Source: Mobula hypostoma (Eukaryota). From it: 64,000 bases of DNA. The stretch's first letter is position 1, and the number at the start of each line of letters is the position of its first letter. A program made the position numbers and the translations under genes. The stretch covers positions 31,124,001-31,188,000 of the forward strand of contig NC_086110.1 of NCBI RefSeq assembly GCF_963921235.1, written 5' to 3'. Shown piece after piece: positions 48,826-62,535 of the stretch. The notes under the pieces were generated by a model that had not been told where the DNA came from, did no database searches, and saw only the letters and a program-made list of their open reading frames with translations.

Positions 48826-50527
48826 GTCTAAACCACAGAGCTAATAAAAACAAATAACAGAGTGAAAAGCATGAATAACAGAGCCTAAAGCAGGCTGTTT
48901 TAAATTGCAACACAACAGGAACAATTGGGAAGCTTAAGGTGCCACTTATCTTTCAGCCAGAATAATTACAGAATGGAAATTAAAAGTTGCCAAAGGACTT
49001 TGCTAATGGAAACACAAAATGTTGTCCAAAAAGAATAACATTTTCAGTCGTTGGTGTCATAATGAAAGATTTACAAGTAAATAGCATACAGCATTCTGCA
49101 TGGCCATTTGATAAATATGTATTTTGTTTTACATGCAATCTGGTTCAAAGAGATGTGAAATTCTATGTTCAGAATAAGCTGTGCTCAAAGCCTGCAACTG
49201 CATTGTGAAATTGACCTTGCCAAATTGAATGGGAAATGTTAATAAAGCAGAATATTATGATAAGTATTAGAAGAAAGTATGAGTAATAAGATGAGAAAAG
49301 CAAATGAGAGTCTGAACAATGTGTACCATATGTTATGACTTTAACAAATGAAAGGTTTTCATTTCTGGGCTCTTACCTCTCCTCCCCCAGCCCTCTGTGG
49401 TTGGCCTATGACAGTTGGAAATCCTGTTCAAATCCTGCGTTATTGATTTCTATCCAGTTCTTTTATATGTGGTTGTATTCTGCAGAAAAAAAAAATTCAA
49501 GTGCACAGCTCTACTTGCCAGCAGCTTAAGTTCCCAGCACTCACAAAGAACAGATGGAAGAGTTAGCTTTTTGTTTTGCTAGGAATTTAAAGGTGGCACA
49601 ACAGACCACCTGTGTACTTCATAAACTTCCACGTTAAGTTTCAGAAAAGTCGATACTGCACTTGTACCTGTGCCAAGATTATAGTGTTAGCAATGGCCAT
49701 CAGTAAATAGCTCTTCCGCCAAGGATCTCAGCACCAAGTGTTGAATTCTGATAAACTTAACCCATAATTGGTGCTCGTGGATGTGTAAGATTGTTCTAAC
49801 ATCAAAACCAAACTATAGCCAAGACGTGACAAATATTGCTAAGGCGCCATGGAAAAAGCTTTTGTACATATGTCAAACCTAATTTGGGAACACTTAACAT
49901 TGTCCTGACGGTGAAAAGCAAAAAAAGAAAGTTTTCACTGGTGCCATTAATTCAGAGCATTCAAATATTAAATTTCATTGAATTCAATGAGCCCCTACCC
50001 AAATCAGACTCATTTCTAGCCCTATAAGAGAAAGATTTGAAGACTGTCCATTTCTCCTTGCGTCTCATCGCAATAAAACCAAGTAAAGAATAGATAGTGG
50101 TCAGTACAACTTGTTTATCAGGGTTTAAAATATTTTAGCTTATGGTGGGGCTGGAGGTGAAATCCTCAGAGATCCTCAGGGCTTTGGTCATTCTGGAGGG
50201 GAGTGACAGCAAGCAGCTGTCATTCTGCTGTTGAGCCAAGAGGAACAACACCATATTTGCCATCTCAAAATTTTGCAGGTTTAAGGACAAGTAGCAGTCC
50301 TTACTGGGACAGACAATTTAGGAATATGACTCTGAAATAATTTCACAAGCCTCACTTAGGTCCTGAAATGATGCCAGTGCTGATTTCAGACAGTTGCCAG
50401 GATCACCTAAAAAATACTGCTAATCAACTGAGCAGTAGGTGTGGAACTCATTTGCCAAACACATGTTGGTCTCTGATTGTAAAATTAGTCATCACTGTAA
50501 ACATTTTTAGTTCACATCAGTTACAAG

Positions 50528-51990
50528 CATTGCTCTACTCTCTCTACAACCATGACTGTGTGGCTCGGCATAGCTCAAATGTCTTCTATAAATTTGCTGA
50601 TCGTACTGCCATTGTTGGCAGAATCTCAGATGGTGACGAAAAGGTGTACAGGAGTGAGATATACCAGCTAGTTGAGTAGTTGAGTGGTCTCACAGCAACC
50701 ACCTTGCTCATCATCCCAAAGAGCTGATTGTGGAATTCAGGAAGGGGAAGATGAGGGAACATACACCAGTCCTTATGGAGAGATCATAAGTGGAGAGAGT
50801 GAGCAATTTCAAGCTCCTGGATGTCAAGATCTCTGAAGACCTAAACTGGTCCCAACATATCAATGCAGCTATAAAAAAAGGCAAGACAGTGGCTATATTT
50901 CATTTGGAGTTTGAGAAGATTTGGTGTGTTACCTAAAACACTCGCAATTTTCTACAGATGTACAATGGAGAGCATTCCTACTGGCTGCATCACCATCTGG
51001 TACTGGGGGAGGGGCATTGGGGGTGTTATAGCACAGGTCAGGTCACTCGTCTGAGTGCTACTAGTACCATGTAATCCAGTACTACCTGTCACATGGTCGG
51101 ATGGTCGGCGACTAAACCGGCTCCCTCACCAGGCTTGCCTAGTGAGGAGGGTGGCTAGATACCCTGCAGGACAGAAAACAAGACCTGTCAAAGGGTAGAT
51201 GAACCCTCTCGTAGGGTCAACAGTCATCTAGCAAACACGTGCCGTGAAGCGCAGAAAGGGCATCCCTTCCATCGAAGCTTGGTCTGGCCATTCACTGCAA
51301 CAGAACTTCCCCCAGCCGTCTTGGACCCCACCATGCTGCTGGATCCGGGAGGGGATGTCGAGAGGGTGGGTCTGGACCTGTGCAAACCCATACTCACCTA
51401 AAATCCACTCACGTGCACGCTGTTCCTTTCTGAGGAGTGGGGTATCCCAAACCCCACTAACTGACTGAAAGGAACCATCATCATTCTGTGGGATGGATAG
51501 CCAGAGGGAGAGAGCACAGGATCAAAGTAAGCTGCGGAGAGATGTAAAATTAGTCAGCTACATCACGGGCACTAGACTCAGTAGTATCTAAGAAGTCTTC
51601 AAAGGCCGGTGCATCAAAACGGCAGCGTCCATCATTACGGACCCCAACCACACAGGGCATGCCCTCTTCTCATTGTTACCATCAGGAAGGAGGTACAGAA
51701 GCCTGAAGGCACACATTAAATGATTCGAGAACAGCTTCTTCCTCTCTGCCATCTGATTTCTGAATGGACATCGAACCCATGAACCTCGCTACTTGTTTTT
51801 ATTTCTGTTTTTGCACTACTTATTTAATTTAACTATTTACTATTCATATATTTGCTTATACTTACTGTAATTCACAGTTTTGCCCATATGGTCATGTATT
51901 ACATTGTACAGCTGCCGCAAAGTTAACAAATTTCATGACATACGCCGGTGATATTAAACCTGATTCCGATCCTACTCTGAAATTCTGATT
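50528..51990 (+). mobile_element. 5'-truncated Rex1/Babar LINE, interrupted at 51038-51512
   Basis: LLYSLYNHDCVARHSSNVFYKFADRT; same family as 46187-47057. Confidence 0.85.
51038..51512 (+). mobile_element. 475-bp non-coding insertion, possibly RTE-related SINE
   Basis: TSD agcacagg at 51030-51037 and 51513-51520; cleanly interrupts the Rex copy; no TIRs; GA-rich 3' end. Family and strand are inferred. Confidence 0.7.
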
Positions 51991-51994
51991 CCTC

Positions 51995-52820
51995 TGCTCA
52001 GACGGCACCAGTGAACAACGCAACCAAGAATGACATCCTTCAGACGGTTCATGAAACTACTTTCATTTCTTTTACCTTTTCCTTTCCTTTCAAATGTGTT
52101 TCTGCTATTGTTGGAGCCAGTGACCTACATTTTGGTTGTGGGTTATCAGGCCAATGGAGAGATCTGGCGCTTTGCTGTCTCCGAGGGTGTTCCGTGAGGC
52201 TTCGGGCAAAGTGAATGGCTTCAAGGCCAGGAAGTGTTGGAGGCAGGGTGAGAGCCCATGATCAACCCCGTTTCTCACTGATCTTGCTGATTAAAGTACC
52301 GAGGAAGATTGAAATCATCGAGGCAAGTGCGGAAGGAGAGTGGGTGCTCGATGCTGCTCCTGAAAGGTGGTCCCTGTGTTTGAGTGGTCTCTTGCTCTCT
52401 CTTGATACTGTTGGAGGATGGTGCTGGAGTTCTGGGTCTCGGCCAAGGGTTGATCAAAGCGGTTTGAGGATTGGACTCTCTATTTCAAGTTATCATTTGT
52501 TTATGGTTTCTGGTCACTCCTTTTTTTGTTGCTGTTTTGAGCAACATTGAATGGGGACGGCCTGTAGATAACAAATACTGAGCTGAGCTGAACTGACTAT
52601 GCCCGGATTCTTTTCAATTTTGTGTTTTATATTCTGTGTTTCTCGCTCATTTTTGTTTCTGTTGCTATTTGTGCAATTTGGGGTTTTTTTGCACATGGGA
52701 GGGGATGATGTTGTTCTTTGAATGGGTTTTTTTTGTTTTGTGTCTGTCTGTGGGGAAGACAAATCTCAGGGTTGTATACTGCATACATACATTGATAATT
52801 AATGCACCTTGAACCTTTGC
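51995..52820 (+). mobile_element. Non-coding retroposon (same tail family as 29740-30240)
   Basis: 3' aaatctcagggttgtatactgcatacatac..ccttgaacctttg. Confidence 0.6.
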
Positions 52821-54667
52821 TATGTTGCCAGTCAGTAGTTCTTTCTAAAGGATATAGGAGAAGAACTGTTACAGTGAAAATGCCTCATCTTTCCTCTGCA
52901 TTTCCCTCACAGGTGCTACCCTGCTACTTCCTGAGAAAGGTCAGGAGCTGAATTTACATATACCTGTTACAATAACTCAACGCAGTGACCAAGCTATTAT
53001 CTAATCGGTGCATGGACACCATACAAATTGCAAAAAACAGTTTATTTACTGACAGTCTCACCTGTTATTAAGACTATTGCCTATTAGTTAATGTTCAGCA
53101 TAAAACAATCCTCTTATCATCAAAGAAGTTAGCCTATTCATCTGATTTTTAACGTGAAGCAGCAAAGTTAAATGGAATGAAAATGGATATAAAGTCAGGA
53201 AGCAAAGTAATGCAAATTTGGCATCAACGAAAGCTCAAAAATTTTAACACTTAATTCCCCAATTATTAGAATTGTAGTGATTGAGGAACAAAACAAATAT
53301 TTAAGATAGTCCAAAAGCTGTGATATGTATTTTAAATGAATTGAATAATTAATCCTGCCATAAATGATAGCATAATTTCAGAGGACAGATTGTGGCAACC
53401 CGCTGGTGGTTAATAATCATTGTGGACTGTATTGGCAGCTTCAGCTTTGCTGGGTCATAGGTGGTTGTGATCAAAAAGCGTGGAAAAAGTTCTCATTATA
53501 CTTTCCAGACATTATTCGGGCATTTTTATTCTTGTATCCTATTAAATACCGTAAGTGCTTTTTGATAATTGTGCTTTGTAGTTTTACAGCACTTCAGTCT
53601 ATTCCCAGTATAATTTCCTCTCTTATCGGTTGTTTGAAATATTGATTCCTGACAGATGAAAGCAAACAATATAATCTCACATGCACACTATAAGAGAGTA
53701 CGCTGAGGTAAAGCAATGCATCTGGGAATGGTCATATTTGAAATGTTTTTGTTTTATTACATTTTGTCAACACAATTTACATAATGCAGCTGTTATTTAT
53801 GTAAAGAGTCAGACTGCTGACAGCTAGCTGATATTACCTATTCCTGATATGCTTTTGCGTTTAGTAAGATAAAAGAAGAAACCCCCAAATGATTACAGAA
53901 ATTGCAACAGCTTAAACCTTTGTCAGCTGACTTCAGGCAACTGTGATTTATCTTCTTGCTGTCAGTTAACCTTATCAGTACCAACCACAAGATAGGAATC
54001 TTCAATGCTGTGTACCCAGAGAAATCAGATGCAGTTTGGGAAGTATCAAATTACCTGTTTGACTCATGCAACAGCACGTCCAGCAAAAAGGAGAGGACAT
54101 GAAGAGGAATTTAAATCAGATTTGTTTTACTGGTGGAGCTAGTAAGACCAACATGAGTCTTATCTTCTGTTTAACAGAAAAGGAAATTGCTTGGAGTGAA
54201 TCCACTTCTACAGTTGTGTTCAAAATGGGACACTAGGCATTAGGTAATGTAAATTAATGTGAGGAACTGAGTTCCACTCTTCAGATGGATGTTGGATTAC
54301 AAGTTGATAACTAACTCAATGAGCAACGTAGAGATGATTACTTCTGGTCAATTTGGGGCATTTACTTTTTCCAGCTTCCTCTCTTACAGCAACACTGATC
54401 TTATGTTTTATCACTCAGATTCTGATCAACAAATTACATCAAAGCCTCTTCCAGCAGCAATTTATGTATGCAAAGTTGTTGGAAGATTCGACATTGTTGT
54501 GACCTCAATGAACTGAATTCTGAACATTTGATGAGCATGCTAAAAGTGGATTCCAGTTAACTGGGACACAGCAGGACCAGCACATTTTGGCTCAATTAAG
54601 TGGCTGCCCCAATTAGCGGAATTTTCATGGAAACAGTATTAAAAAAAGGTAAAAAAGACAAACTACA

Positions 54668-57396
54668 TGTTATGTCTTTGCAACTACATATCAATTAAAA
54701 TAAACGCTCGCATGTGGGAAATGGCTTTAACTGGTGTATTTACATTGCAGCGAGACAGAGAGAGAGAGGGGAGGAACAATATGCATGCACAGACAATAGT
54801 CCATATGGAGTACTAAGGGGAGTCATTGCTCTAAAAGAAATTGGTCCATACATTACACTTCCTCTCCCTTTAGATTAATGTAGCATAAAACTGTATATGT
54901 AAAAAACATTCAATTTCCCTTTCATAAACCATATTCCACTACTACTTGGTCACAGTATGAAGACTTTTCTTCTTCAGTTGTCACTAATTGAAGACGCATC
55001 AAGTCAATAACATTGCTGTGTTGTTTGGTACCCTTGAACTCTATGTCATCGGAGTGGACTCCTAGGAACAGTGCCCAATGTTGTAACCGGGTAGCAGACA
55101 TTACTGGAATTCCCTTCGTGGGATTGAAAGTGGATACAAGGGGCTGGTGATCTGTCACCAGTGTAAACTTTTCTCCATAGGGGTAGCAGTGGAACTTCTT
55201 TGTTTCCCATACTGGCCTAAGGTCCTCTCAGTTGATCTCTGCGTAGTTGCGTTCTATGCTCGTCAGTGATCTTGAAGCAAATGCAATCAGGTATTCAGAT
55301 CCACATTTCATAGCCATAAGGGGACACATCACACACCAGTCTGATGGGCAGCGATGGGTCATAATGGGTGAGCAGTTTATCGGATGTTATTAGTCTCTTT
55401 GTTTCCTTGAATGCTTTTTCACATCTTTCTGACCATTCCCAATTTGCTCCGGTTTGTAACAGAGCATTCAATGGATGCACTGTAACAACGTTTGGGAGAA
55501 ACTAGTGGTAGTAGTTTACAAGGTCCAAGTATGACCTGAGTTGTGACTCATTTTCCGGTTAGGGTGCCTGCAGCACTGGCTCAAACTTCTCTTGTTACTT
55601 ATGTAAGCCATGCTTGTCAATGACATGTCTGCAATATGAGATTTTGTTCTTAAAAAACACATTTCTCTCTCTTTGTGCACAGACCATACTCACTCAGCCT
55701 GGTAGGTACCTTACCAAGATTCTAGAGGTGCTCTTCATGATTCTTCCCAGTCATGATGATGCCATCAAGGTAACATCGTGTACCTGGGATATCTTGGAGC
55801 ACCTGGTCTGTTGATCTTTGCCAAATTGCTGGAGCTGATGCAAGGACGATTATACTGGAACTATCCCTTGAGAGTGTTGATTGATGGGAGTCTCTTGCTT
55901 GACTCCTTGATCTCCATTTGCAGATAGGCTTGTGACAAGTCAATCTTTGAAAACTTCTCCCTGCCTGCCAAAGATGCAAAATGTCTCTATTCATGGCAGG
56001 GGATACTGCTCAGTATGCTGCACTGGGTTGATGCTCACTTTGAAATCCCCACATATGCGAAAAGCTCTGGCCTTCCCTTTCTTGATCACCAGGACAATGA
56101 CCCTCCACTTTTCAATATATGTAAAGCTCCATACATCACATTCACTCTCAGTTTGCCTTTCCCTTTAGCATCACTGAGGTCTTCTCTAATCGTAGCCTAG
56201 AAAACAGTCTGTTGTAGTCAGCCTCTGGAATTATGGACAAAGCTGACCCTGTATCCAGCTCCATTTTCAGTTTTACCCCAGACACATCAATTGTGATCCA
56301 TATGATTTTGAGATCTGCTTCAGAAATACTATGCAGTTCTAGGCATGACTTCACTTTTGTCAGACTCTGTGTTGTCTGATTCTGTTTTACATTTGGTCAC
56401 TTTATGCATTTGCTTAGTTTTGTGTGTGAGACTTTTCGCTCGGCTGTGCTCATTGTCTGCCTTGCACATTCGCTCTACGTGACCTTGTCTGCGACACTTA
56501 CTACAAGCTTTTTCCTTGAATCAACAGTCATTTGTATTATTGTAGGATTTGCCACATCGATAACATTTTTGGCTTTTTGCACCAATCAGGATATTTTGTG
56601 CATTTCACCTTTTAACCTCCTTTTCCATAGTTCTGCTGCAGTCTCTATTGATATTGCAATGGTCAATATCCGTTCTAAGCTTAGGTCTGTTTCTGACAGT
56701 AGCCTCTTCTAAGTGCTTTGACTATGCATGGCACATACATGCCTGTCCCTTAATACATCAGAAAATCCCTCTCTAATGTCACAGTACTGGGAAAGTTTGC
56801 GCACTTCTGCAATACTTTCAGTAGAAGTACTTTCATTCTTTGACTGGTTCCTTTTGCAAAATCAAAATTGTCAGTTATTACCAACGGTTTAGGGCTCAAG
56901 TGATTATGTAAAATTGTAACAATTTCAGCGAACATCTTGTTCGCTGGCTTTGCAGGGTTATTAAGCTGCGTAAGAGACTGTACATCCTTGCATCCATTAA
57001 GCTGTGGGGGGCTTTCTTTTGCTCAATCACATCTTTCACCTTACAACCCTCTCAGTATACAACTTCCAGTCTTCATTAGCACTATCAAATTTATCAACTT
57101 TCCCCACTAAAGCCATCGTCATGTTATTTTCTTTTTAACTCAGCTAGTTGCGTCTTTCATTCGATACTATGCACTGCTATTTATGAGTCCCTTTTTTAGC
57201 GCCTGTGTCGGCCTCCTTGGAACTGTTTAACTCTTTCCACTCGCAGTTTCATCCCGTAACTGTCGGTGCAGTTGAAATTTTCTCTGCCATTCAGGTTCGG
57301 ACCCATTGCCAATTTGTTGTGTCTGTGCTTAACTACATATCGATAAAATAAAAGCATGCACGTAGGAGATGACTTTAACTGGTCTATTCACATTGG

Positions 57397-57427
<31 letters not shown>

Positions 57428-57516
57428 GAGAGAGAGAGAGAGCATGCAGAGACAACAGTCTACACGTAGTGCTAAGGGGTGATATTGCTCTAAAAGAAAT
57501 AGATCCATACATTACA
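54668..57516 (-). mobile_element. Gypsy LTR element (K02A2.6-like), degenerate, integrase absent
   Basis: LTRs 54668-54857 and 57315-57516; TSD ctaca/ctacc; PPT at 54858-54871; gag HLSPKPLVI, protease LDTGS, RT CYLDGII, RNase H LVCDVSPYG and TDHQPL..RLQHWALFL. Confidence 0.92.
57396..57442. repeat. (GA)n microsatellite within the LTR
   Basis: Visible GA run, longer than the equivalent tract at ~54752-54772 in the other LTR. Confidence 0.95.
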
Positions 57517-58047
57517 CTACCATTTAACAGTGTAACAATTTATGTATTTAAATTAAGTACAGAACAAATTAGAACACTGACAATATTAAAAAACTGTATT
57601 AGTTCCTAATTGTTATCAATGGAGGAATTCATCTGCCTTGTTTTGATTGTCGGTAAATGAACAAAATCAGCACAGATAATGGTCTGCTTCATACAATGCT
57701 TTAGATGTTGCATCCTCCAAATCTTCATTTTTATTGTAACATTCAAGATGATTGCCGATACCTTCATAATTCCTAACTTGTTGAGGAGGTGAAATCGTTT
57801 TCACTAATAGTTTTTGCATCTCCAAGCCAGGATGCTTGAAGCCATGGTGGGCAAAACAGATCTGAATTATCTTACTGCTTACTTCTCACCAACTATCAAT
57901 GTTAAAAATGACTGCTTTTTGAACACAAACACATGCAACTAATGCTATTTAAAAACTGACCGCTCTACGCCAATGTCTAACAGCCACGTAAGTGCATGCA
58001 ACTGACACCAGTTAGAAACTGTTCAGCAACAGTCTCCTGCCCCAATT

Positions 58048-58637
58048 CTGATTTTATGGAGACAGACGTGAGAGTACAGAGGAACATCTGGAGAAACTTC
58101 TGAAATGCCCGCTTCGCTGCCGCTGCTGCTGTGTGGTCCGGAATCTCCGGAGGAGAAGGCCTCTGAATCCTCAGCTTTGCTTGTTTCGGCAGCCGGGACA
58201 AGGTCGAAGGCACTCGGCAGAGGATGGCGCTCGGGAGACTCTATCGGAGGGGCTGGTCAGAGGCTCGAAGTTTTCGGACGGACTCAAAGTCGGCTGTCGG
58301 GTGCTTCCAGTGCATCAGCAGTTGGCAGTTGTCGCTGCTTGGAGGTTTATGGCAGGGAGAATTTCTCCCTTTTTCCACCTGCTATCGGGGACTATCGGAG
58401 TCAATCGGGACTTGAGACTTTTTTTTACCATGCCCATGGTCTGCTCTTCATCAAATTATGGTATTGTTTTGCACTGCTGTAACTATATGTTATAATTATG
58501 TGGTTTTGTTAGTGTTAGTCTTTGGTTTGTTCTGGTTTTTTTGTGATATCACTGGAGGAACATTGTATCATTTTTTAATGCATGCATTTCTTAAATGACA
58601 ATAAACAAGGACTGAGTGTCCTCATAATCAAAAAAAA
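58048..58637 (+). mobile_element. Non-coding retroposon with A-tail nested in the Tigger-like element
   Basis: Interrupts cccaatt|aagcggc (uninterrupted at ~61583-61595); aatt duplicated; aataaa followed by an A run. Confidence 0.75.
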
Positions 58638-59207
58638 AATTAAGCGGCGCATTGTCCCAAATAAACAAAGCTATTTTTTCGATTTAGTTTTTGTTCTTTG
58701 AGTTGTTACAAATAAACAGATAAACGGCACCTCGATTAACTGACGGCCCTTTTAATCCGAATTAACTGTATTAATAAGTTTTACCCTAACTGCTTTACCT
58801 TTCAAAGTACTGTTTTTATGCAACTAATTATTTTTGGAAGAGTACCACTGAAACATTAGAAATGCTAATGTGCATGGATTCTGTATGCTATTCTGGACAA
58901 CCATCAACTAAGCACTTACGTGCACCGAGTTTAACTTTGAATAGGAAACTTGGCATGCTCAATAGAATGTAAAAATTATCTCTTTACAAACCAACTAGAT
59001 TACGACCAGATTAGAGTTGGAAACACTGTGACTAATGACCAGTGTCAACAGGGATTGGTGCTGAAACATTTGCTATTTGTTAATACACTGATGTGAATTT
59101 AATAGGCATGATTAGTAAGGTTGCCAATGACATAAAGGTAGATGGTTTTCAGCAAAGTGGACTGTAATCTGCCCTTGCAAAATCGCAGTGATCAGTTAGT
59201 AAGTTGA

Positions 59208-59590
59208 CAAACATGAGAAAAGCTGCCAATGCTGGAAGTCCAAGGCAACACACACAAAATGGTGGAGGAACTCGGCAGGTCAGACAACATCTATAGAAAG
59301 TAGTAAACAGTTGACATTTCGGGCTGAGACCTTCCATCGGGACTGGAAAAGAGGATGAGGAATCAGAGTAAGAAGGTGGGGGAAGGGAGGAAGAAGTACA
59401 AGTTGGTAGGTGATAGGGGAAACCGGGAGAGAGGGAGGGGGTGAAGTAAAGAGCTGGGAGGGTGATGGGTGAAAGAGACAAATGGCTGTAGGAGGGTGAA
59501 TCTGGGAGGAGAGGATAGAAGACCATGGAAGAAAGAGGAGGAGGAGGAGGAGCACCAGAGGGTGGTGATGTGCAGGTAAGAAGATGAGGA
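59208..59590 (-). mobile_element. PLE 3' tail with mutated hammerhead core (59308-59345)
   Basis: Reverse strand cagtc-CCGATGG-aaggtctcagccc-GAAAT-GTC-aactg followed by the standard tail. Confidence 0.8.
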
Positions 59591-59611
59591 GTGAGAGTTT
59601 CAGTAATGAGG

Positions 59612-59760
59612 AAAAGGCTGGGCAGGCTGGAGGAATTCAGGAGATCAAGCAGTATCTGTGATGGAAAAGGAATTGTTGACATTTTAGATCAAAACTCTGC
59701 ATCAGGCCTTCAACAGATTGTTTGTTACACCAGATTACAGCACCTGCAGCCTCTTGTGTC
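59612..59760. mobile_element. Short inverted pair of old PLE tail remnants
   Basis: Minus-sense gctggaggaattcagg..gttgacatttt..catcagg abutting plus-sense ccagattacagcacctgcag. Confidence 0.55.
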
Positions 59761-59764
59761 CGGA

Positions 59765-60166
59765 AAGGCTAGGTTTGACCTCTTTGGAGCAAAGAATATT
59801 AAAGCTTGACCTGACTGAGCTGTACAAAATGATGAAGATCATAGACAAGGTAGATAGTGATAAGCATTTCAGCAGAGGTGTCCATAACTAGATTTGAGGT
59901 AAGGGGTAGGAGATTCGGGGGGAGGGGGGGTGGATTTGAAGAAATAATTCTTCACCCAGAGTATAGTGGAAAACTGGAATATTGCCAGAGAGAATTGTGA
60001 TGGCAGGTATTCTCACAACAATGAGTAATATTTAGATGGTCCCTTAAAACACCATGACCTAGAAGAATTCTGGCTGAGTTCTATGTAAAAGGAGGTATAA
60101 ATTGATACCCGATGGCTAGCTTGGACACTGTGGGCTGAAGGGGCTGTTTCTGTGCTGTATAACTCT
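59765..60166 (+). mobile_element. Old CR1 3' fragment
   Basis: ttcttcacccagagtatagtgg..tgggctgaaggggctgtttctgtgctgtataactct. Confidence 0.7.
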
Positions 60167-60928
60167 GTCAAAATATGTGGCACTTCATTGCTTAACAAGC
60201 CACGACAAAAACCTTGCATTTTTATCAAAAAATAAATTTGAATTTTCAAATAGATTTTGCAAATTTTCTTTACCTTTGCAGTTGCCTTATGGTGAGCTCT
60301 TCCTTTGAACTGGCTTTTTAAAATAAAAACTCTGTATGTTTAATTTCAGATTTACAGCAAAATGTGAACTGCAGAGACAGACAATATTGACTTTCTTTAA
60401 CACATGTAATCCTTTACTTCATTCCAGTCACTACCACTGTACAATCAATCACACCATCAAATGCTTGGGAACACATTCCACTACAGAGACTGCAGTCTAG
60501 ATATTAAATTCTTACATTAATGACTTCCCTTTTATTCTCACAATAACGTTTTTCTTTCCTGTTGAAATGACATTCAGTGCACAAAACATAATTTTCTTTA
60601 ATTACTCTAAATATTTTAGATGAATTGGCTGCAATTAGTTTATGCTTTATAATCCATCAATTGAAATTTCTTTAAAAAAGAAAATCTATTTTTTCCTTCT
60701 TAAATTTCTTTGTGTTGCACTAAATAAGGATATAATGTTATACAAATATAAACTGTAATATATAAAATTATCGTATTTAGTATTAACTGTAAATTAATGT
60801 AGATTAGAAATTAAAATTAATATCTTGTAGCAATATACTGTACTGGTACAGTACATGTAGTTTTTAAATAAGGAGTACCCAAGGAATACTTTTTCACTAA
60901 AGAAATAAATCAGTTGGCTTTGCTATTA

Positions 60929-61720
60929 CAGTGAATTCTGGTTAATTGCGACACATCGAGACCAATGCATCTTAGCCCAATTAGCCAAGGCTTCATGGAA
61001 ATAGTTAAAATGTATAAAAAAGCCGAATTAATTTTTAACTGAGTAACAATTTATGTATTTAAATAAAAAACAAAACAAATTAGAATACTACCAATACCTC
61101 TACAGTACTATAAAATTGTGTATTAGTTCCTAGTAGTTTTCAGTGGAGGAATTCATCTGCCATGTTCTTTTGATTGTCTGTCAATGAACAAAATCAGCAC
61201 AGACACCTAGTGCAGATAACAGACTGCCTTGATACAATGCTTTAGACAATTGCATCCTCCAAATCTTTACTTTCATTGCAACATTCAAGGTGATTGTCAA
61301 TACTTCATAATTCCTAACTTGTGGAAGTTGTGAAATACTTAATTTTCACTCCCGACCGTTTCTGGCATCACCAAGCCTGAATGCTTGAAATTTCAGTGAG
61401 CAAAATAGTTCCAATTTGTCTTACTGGTTATTTCTCACCAACTAATGACAAAATCACTGCTTTTTGAACACAAACACATGTAGTTAACACTGATCACTCT
61501 ATAAACATAGTGTAGTGTCTAACGACCACACAAGTGCACGCGACTGATGCTCATTAAAAACTGTTTAGCAACAGTCTCCTGCCCCAATTAAGTGGCATAT
61601 TGTCCCAAATAAACAAAGGAAATGCTGACTATTCTTTTCAACTTAGTTTTTGCTCTTTGAGTTGTCCTATATAAACAGCTACCTCAATTCACCGACAGCC
61701 CATTTAAATGGAATTAAATG
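60929..61720 (-). mobile_element. Tigger/pogo-like non-autonomous element, copy 2
   Basis: ta-cagtgaattctggttaattg start; collinear with copy 1; terminal bases displaced by a solo LTR. Confidence 0.82.
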
Positions 61721-62390
61721 TGTAACGCTCTGCTAAGGTTTCACTGCTAATGTAATGGCCTCTCTGTACTGTTTCACTGCTAAGGTAATGGTTCCTCTGT
61801 AGCAGCAATGTTTGGCGTATGTCTGGAGATAACAGGGCCTATGGAATGTATGTTAGCCAATGAGAGGCATGTTGTTCTTTCTTGTGGGTCTGGGAGCAGG
61901 GATTTCGCGGTCTTTAGTCGGCGACAGATGAGGAGAGAAGACATGAGTAGAGAGAGTTGGTAGACCACCGGGCAGAGTGGACTAGGAGCGAGGGTCCGAA
62001 GGTCGACGACGCTCAGAGGTCGATGGGAAACAACTGGACAAAATTGTGAACTCCAATGTGCACTTTAGACCGTTTCATTAAAATGGGCCTTTTTTCTTTT
62101 TATTTTCTTTACTAACCCTATAGTCAGATTAAGATTTATAAAGTTCAATCACTTAATTGCATATGGTGTACTGTCTGATATAGACAATAGACAATTGACC
62201 ATAGGTGCAAGAGTAGGCCATTCGGTCCTTTGAACCAGCACTGCCATTCACTGTGATCATGGCTTTATTTTGCGGTTTGGATTTGTAACCGGGCAGCACA
62301 TCACACAGCATCCACACAAACGAGATTTCTCAGTTTGGCTGGGCCAGAGGCTGTTTTACCCAAGACAAATGGCTGCTGGCTGAACTTACA
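61721..62390. mobile_element. Solo LTR containing a short antisense CR1 tail (~62179-62264)
   Basis: TGTAAC...TTACA ends; 4-bp TSD aatg/attg (one mismatch) followed by the host element's terminal TA. Confidence 0.72.
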
Positions 62391-62535
62391 ATTGTATTTG
62401 CAACTTCCTTTTCATTTATTTCTGAATGGATATTCCATCCAGAAATATTCAACTCCATGCTGCTTTTCCTCAGCTAACAGATATCAACGTAAGTATGGAG
62501 GACTATATGTCAATATATGTCAAGAAAGGGTTAAC

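Larger units (their letters stand above)
54543..58768 (-). mobile_element. Tigger/pogo-like non-autonomous DNA transposon, copy 1, with two nested insertions
   Basis: TA-flanked degenerate TIRs (agtggattccagttaa / ttaatccgaattaactg). Body collinear with 60929-61720. Minus-strand remnant EVSSKIIQICFAHHGF resembles a pogo DDE C-terminus. Confidence 0.8.

Noticed and set aside
59149-59682. 177-aa Pro/Ser-rich ORF, and similar ORFs at 41711-42103 and 42959-43385
   Set aside because: Translations of the low-complexity PLE tail with no protein-family signal.
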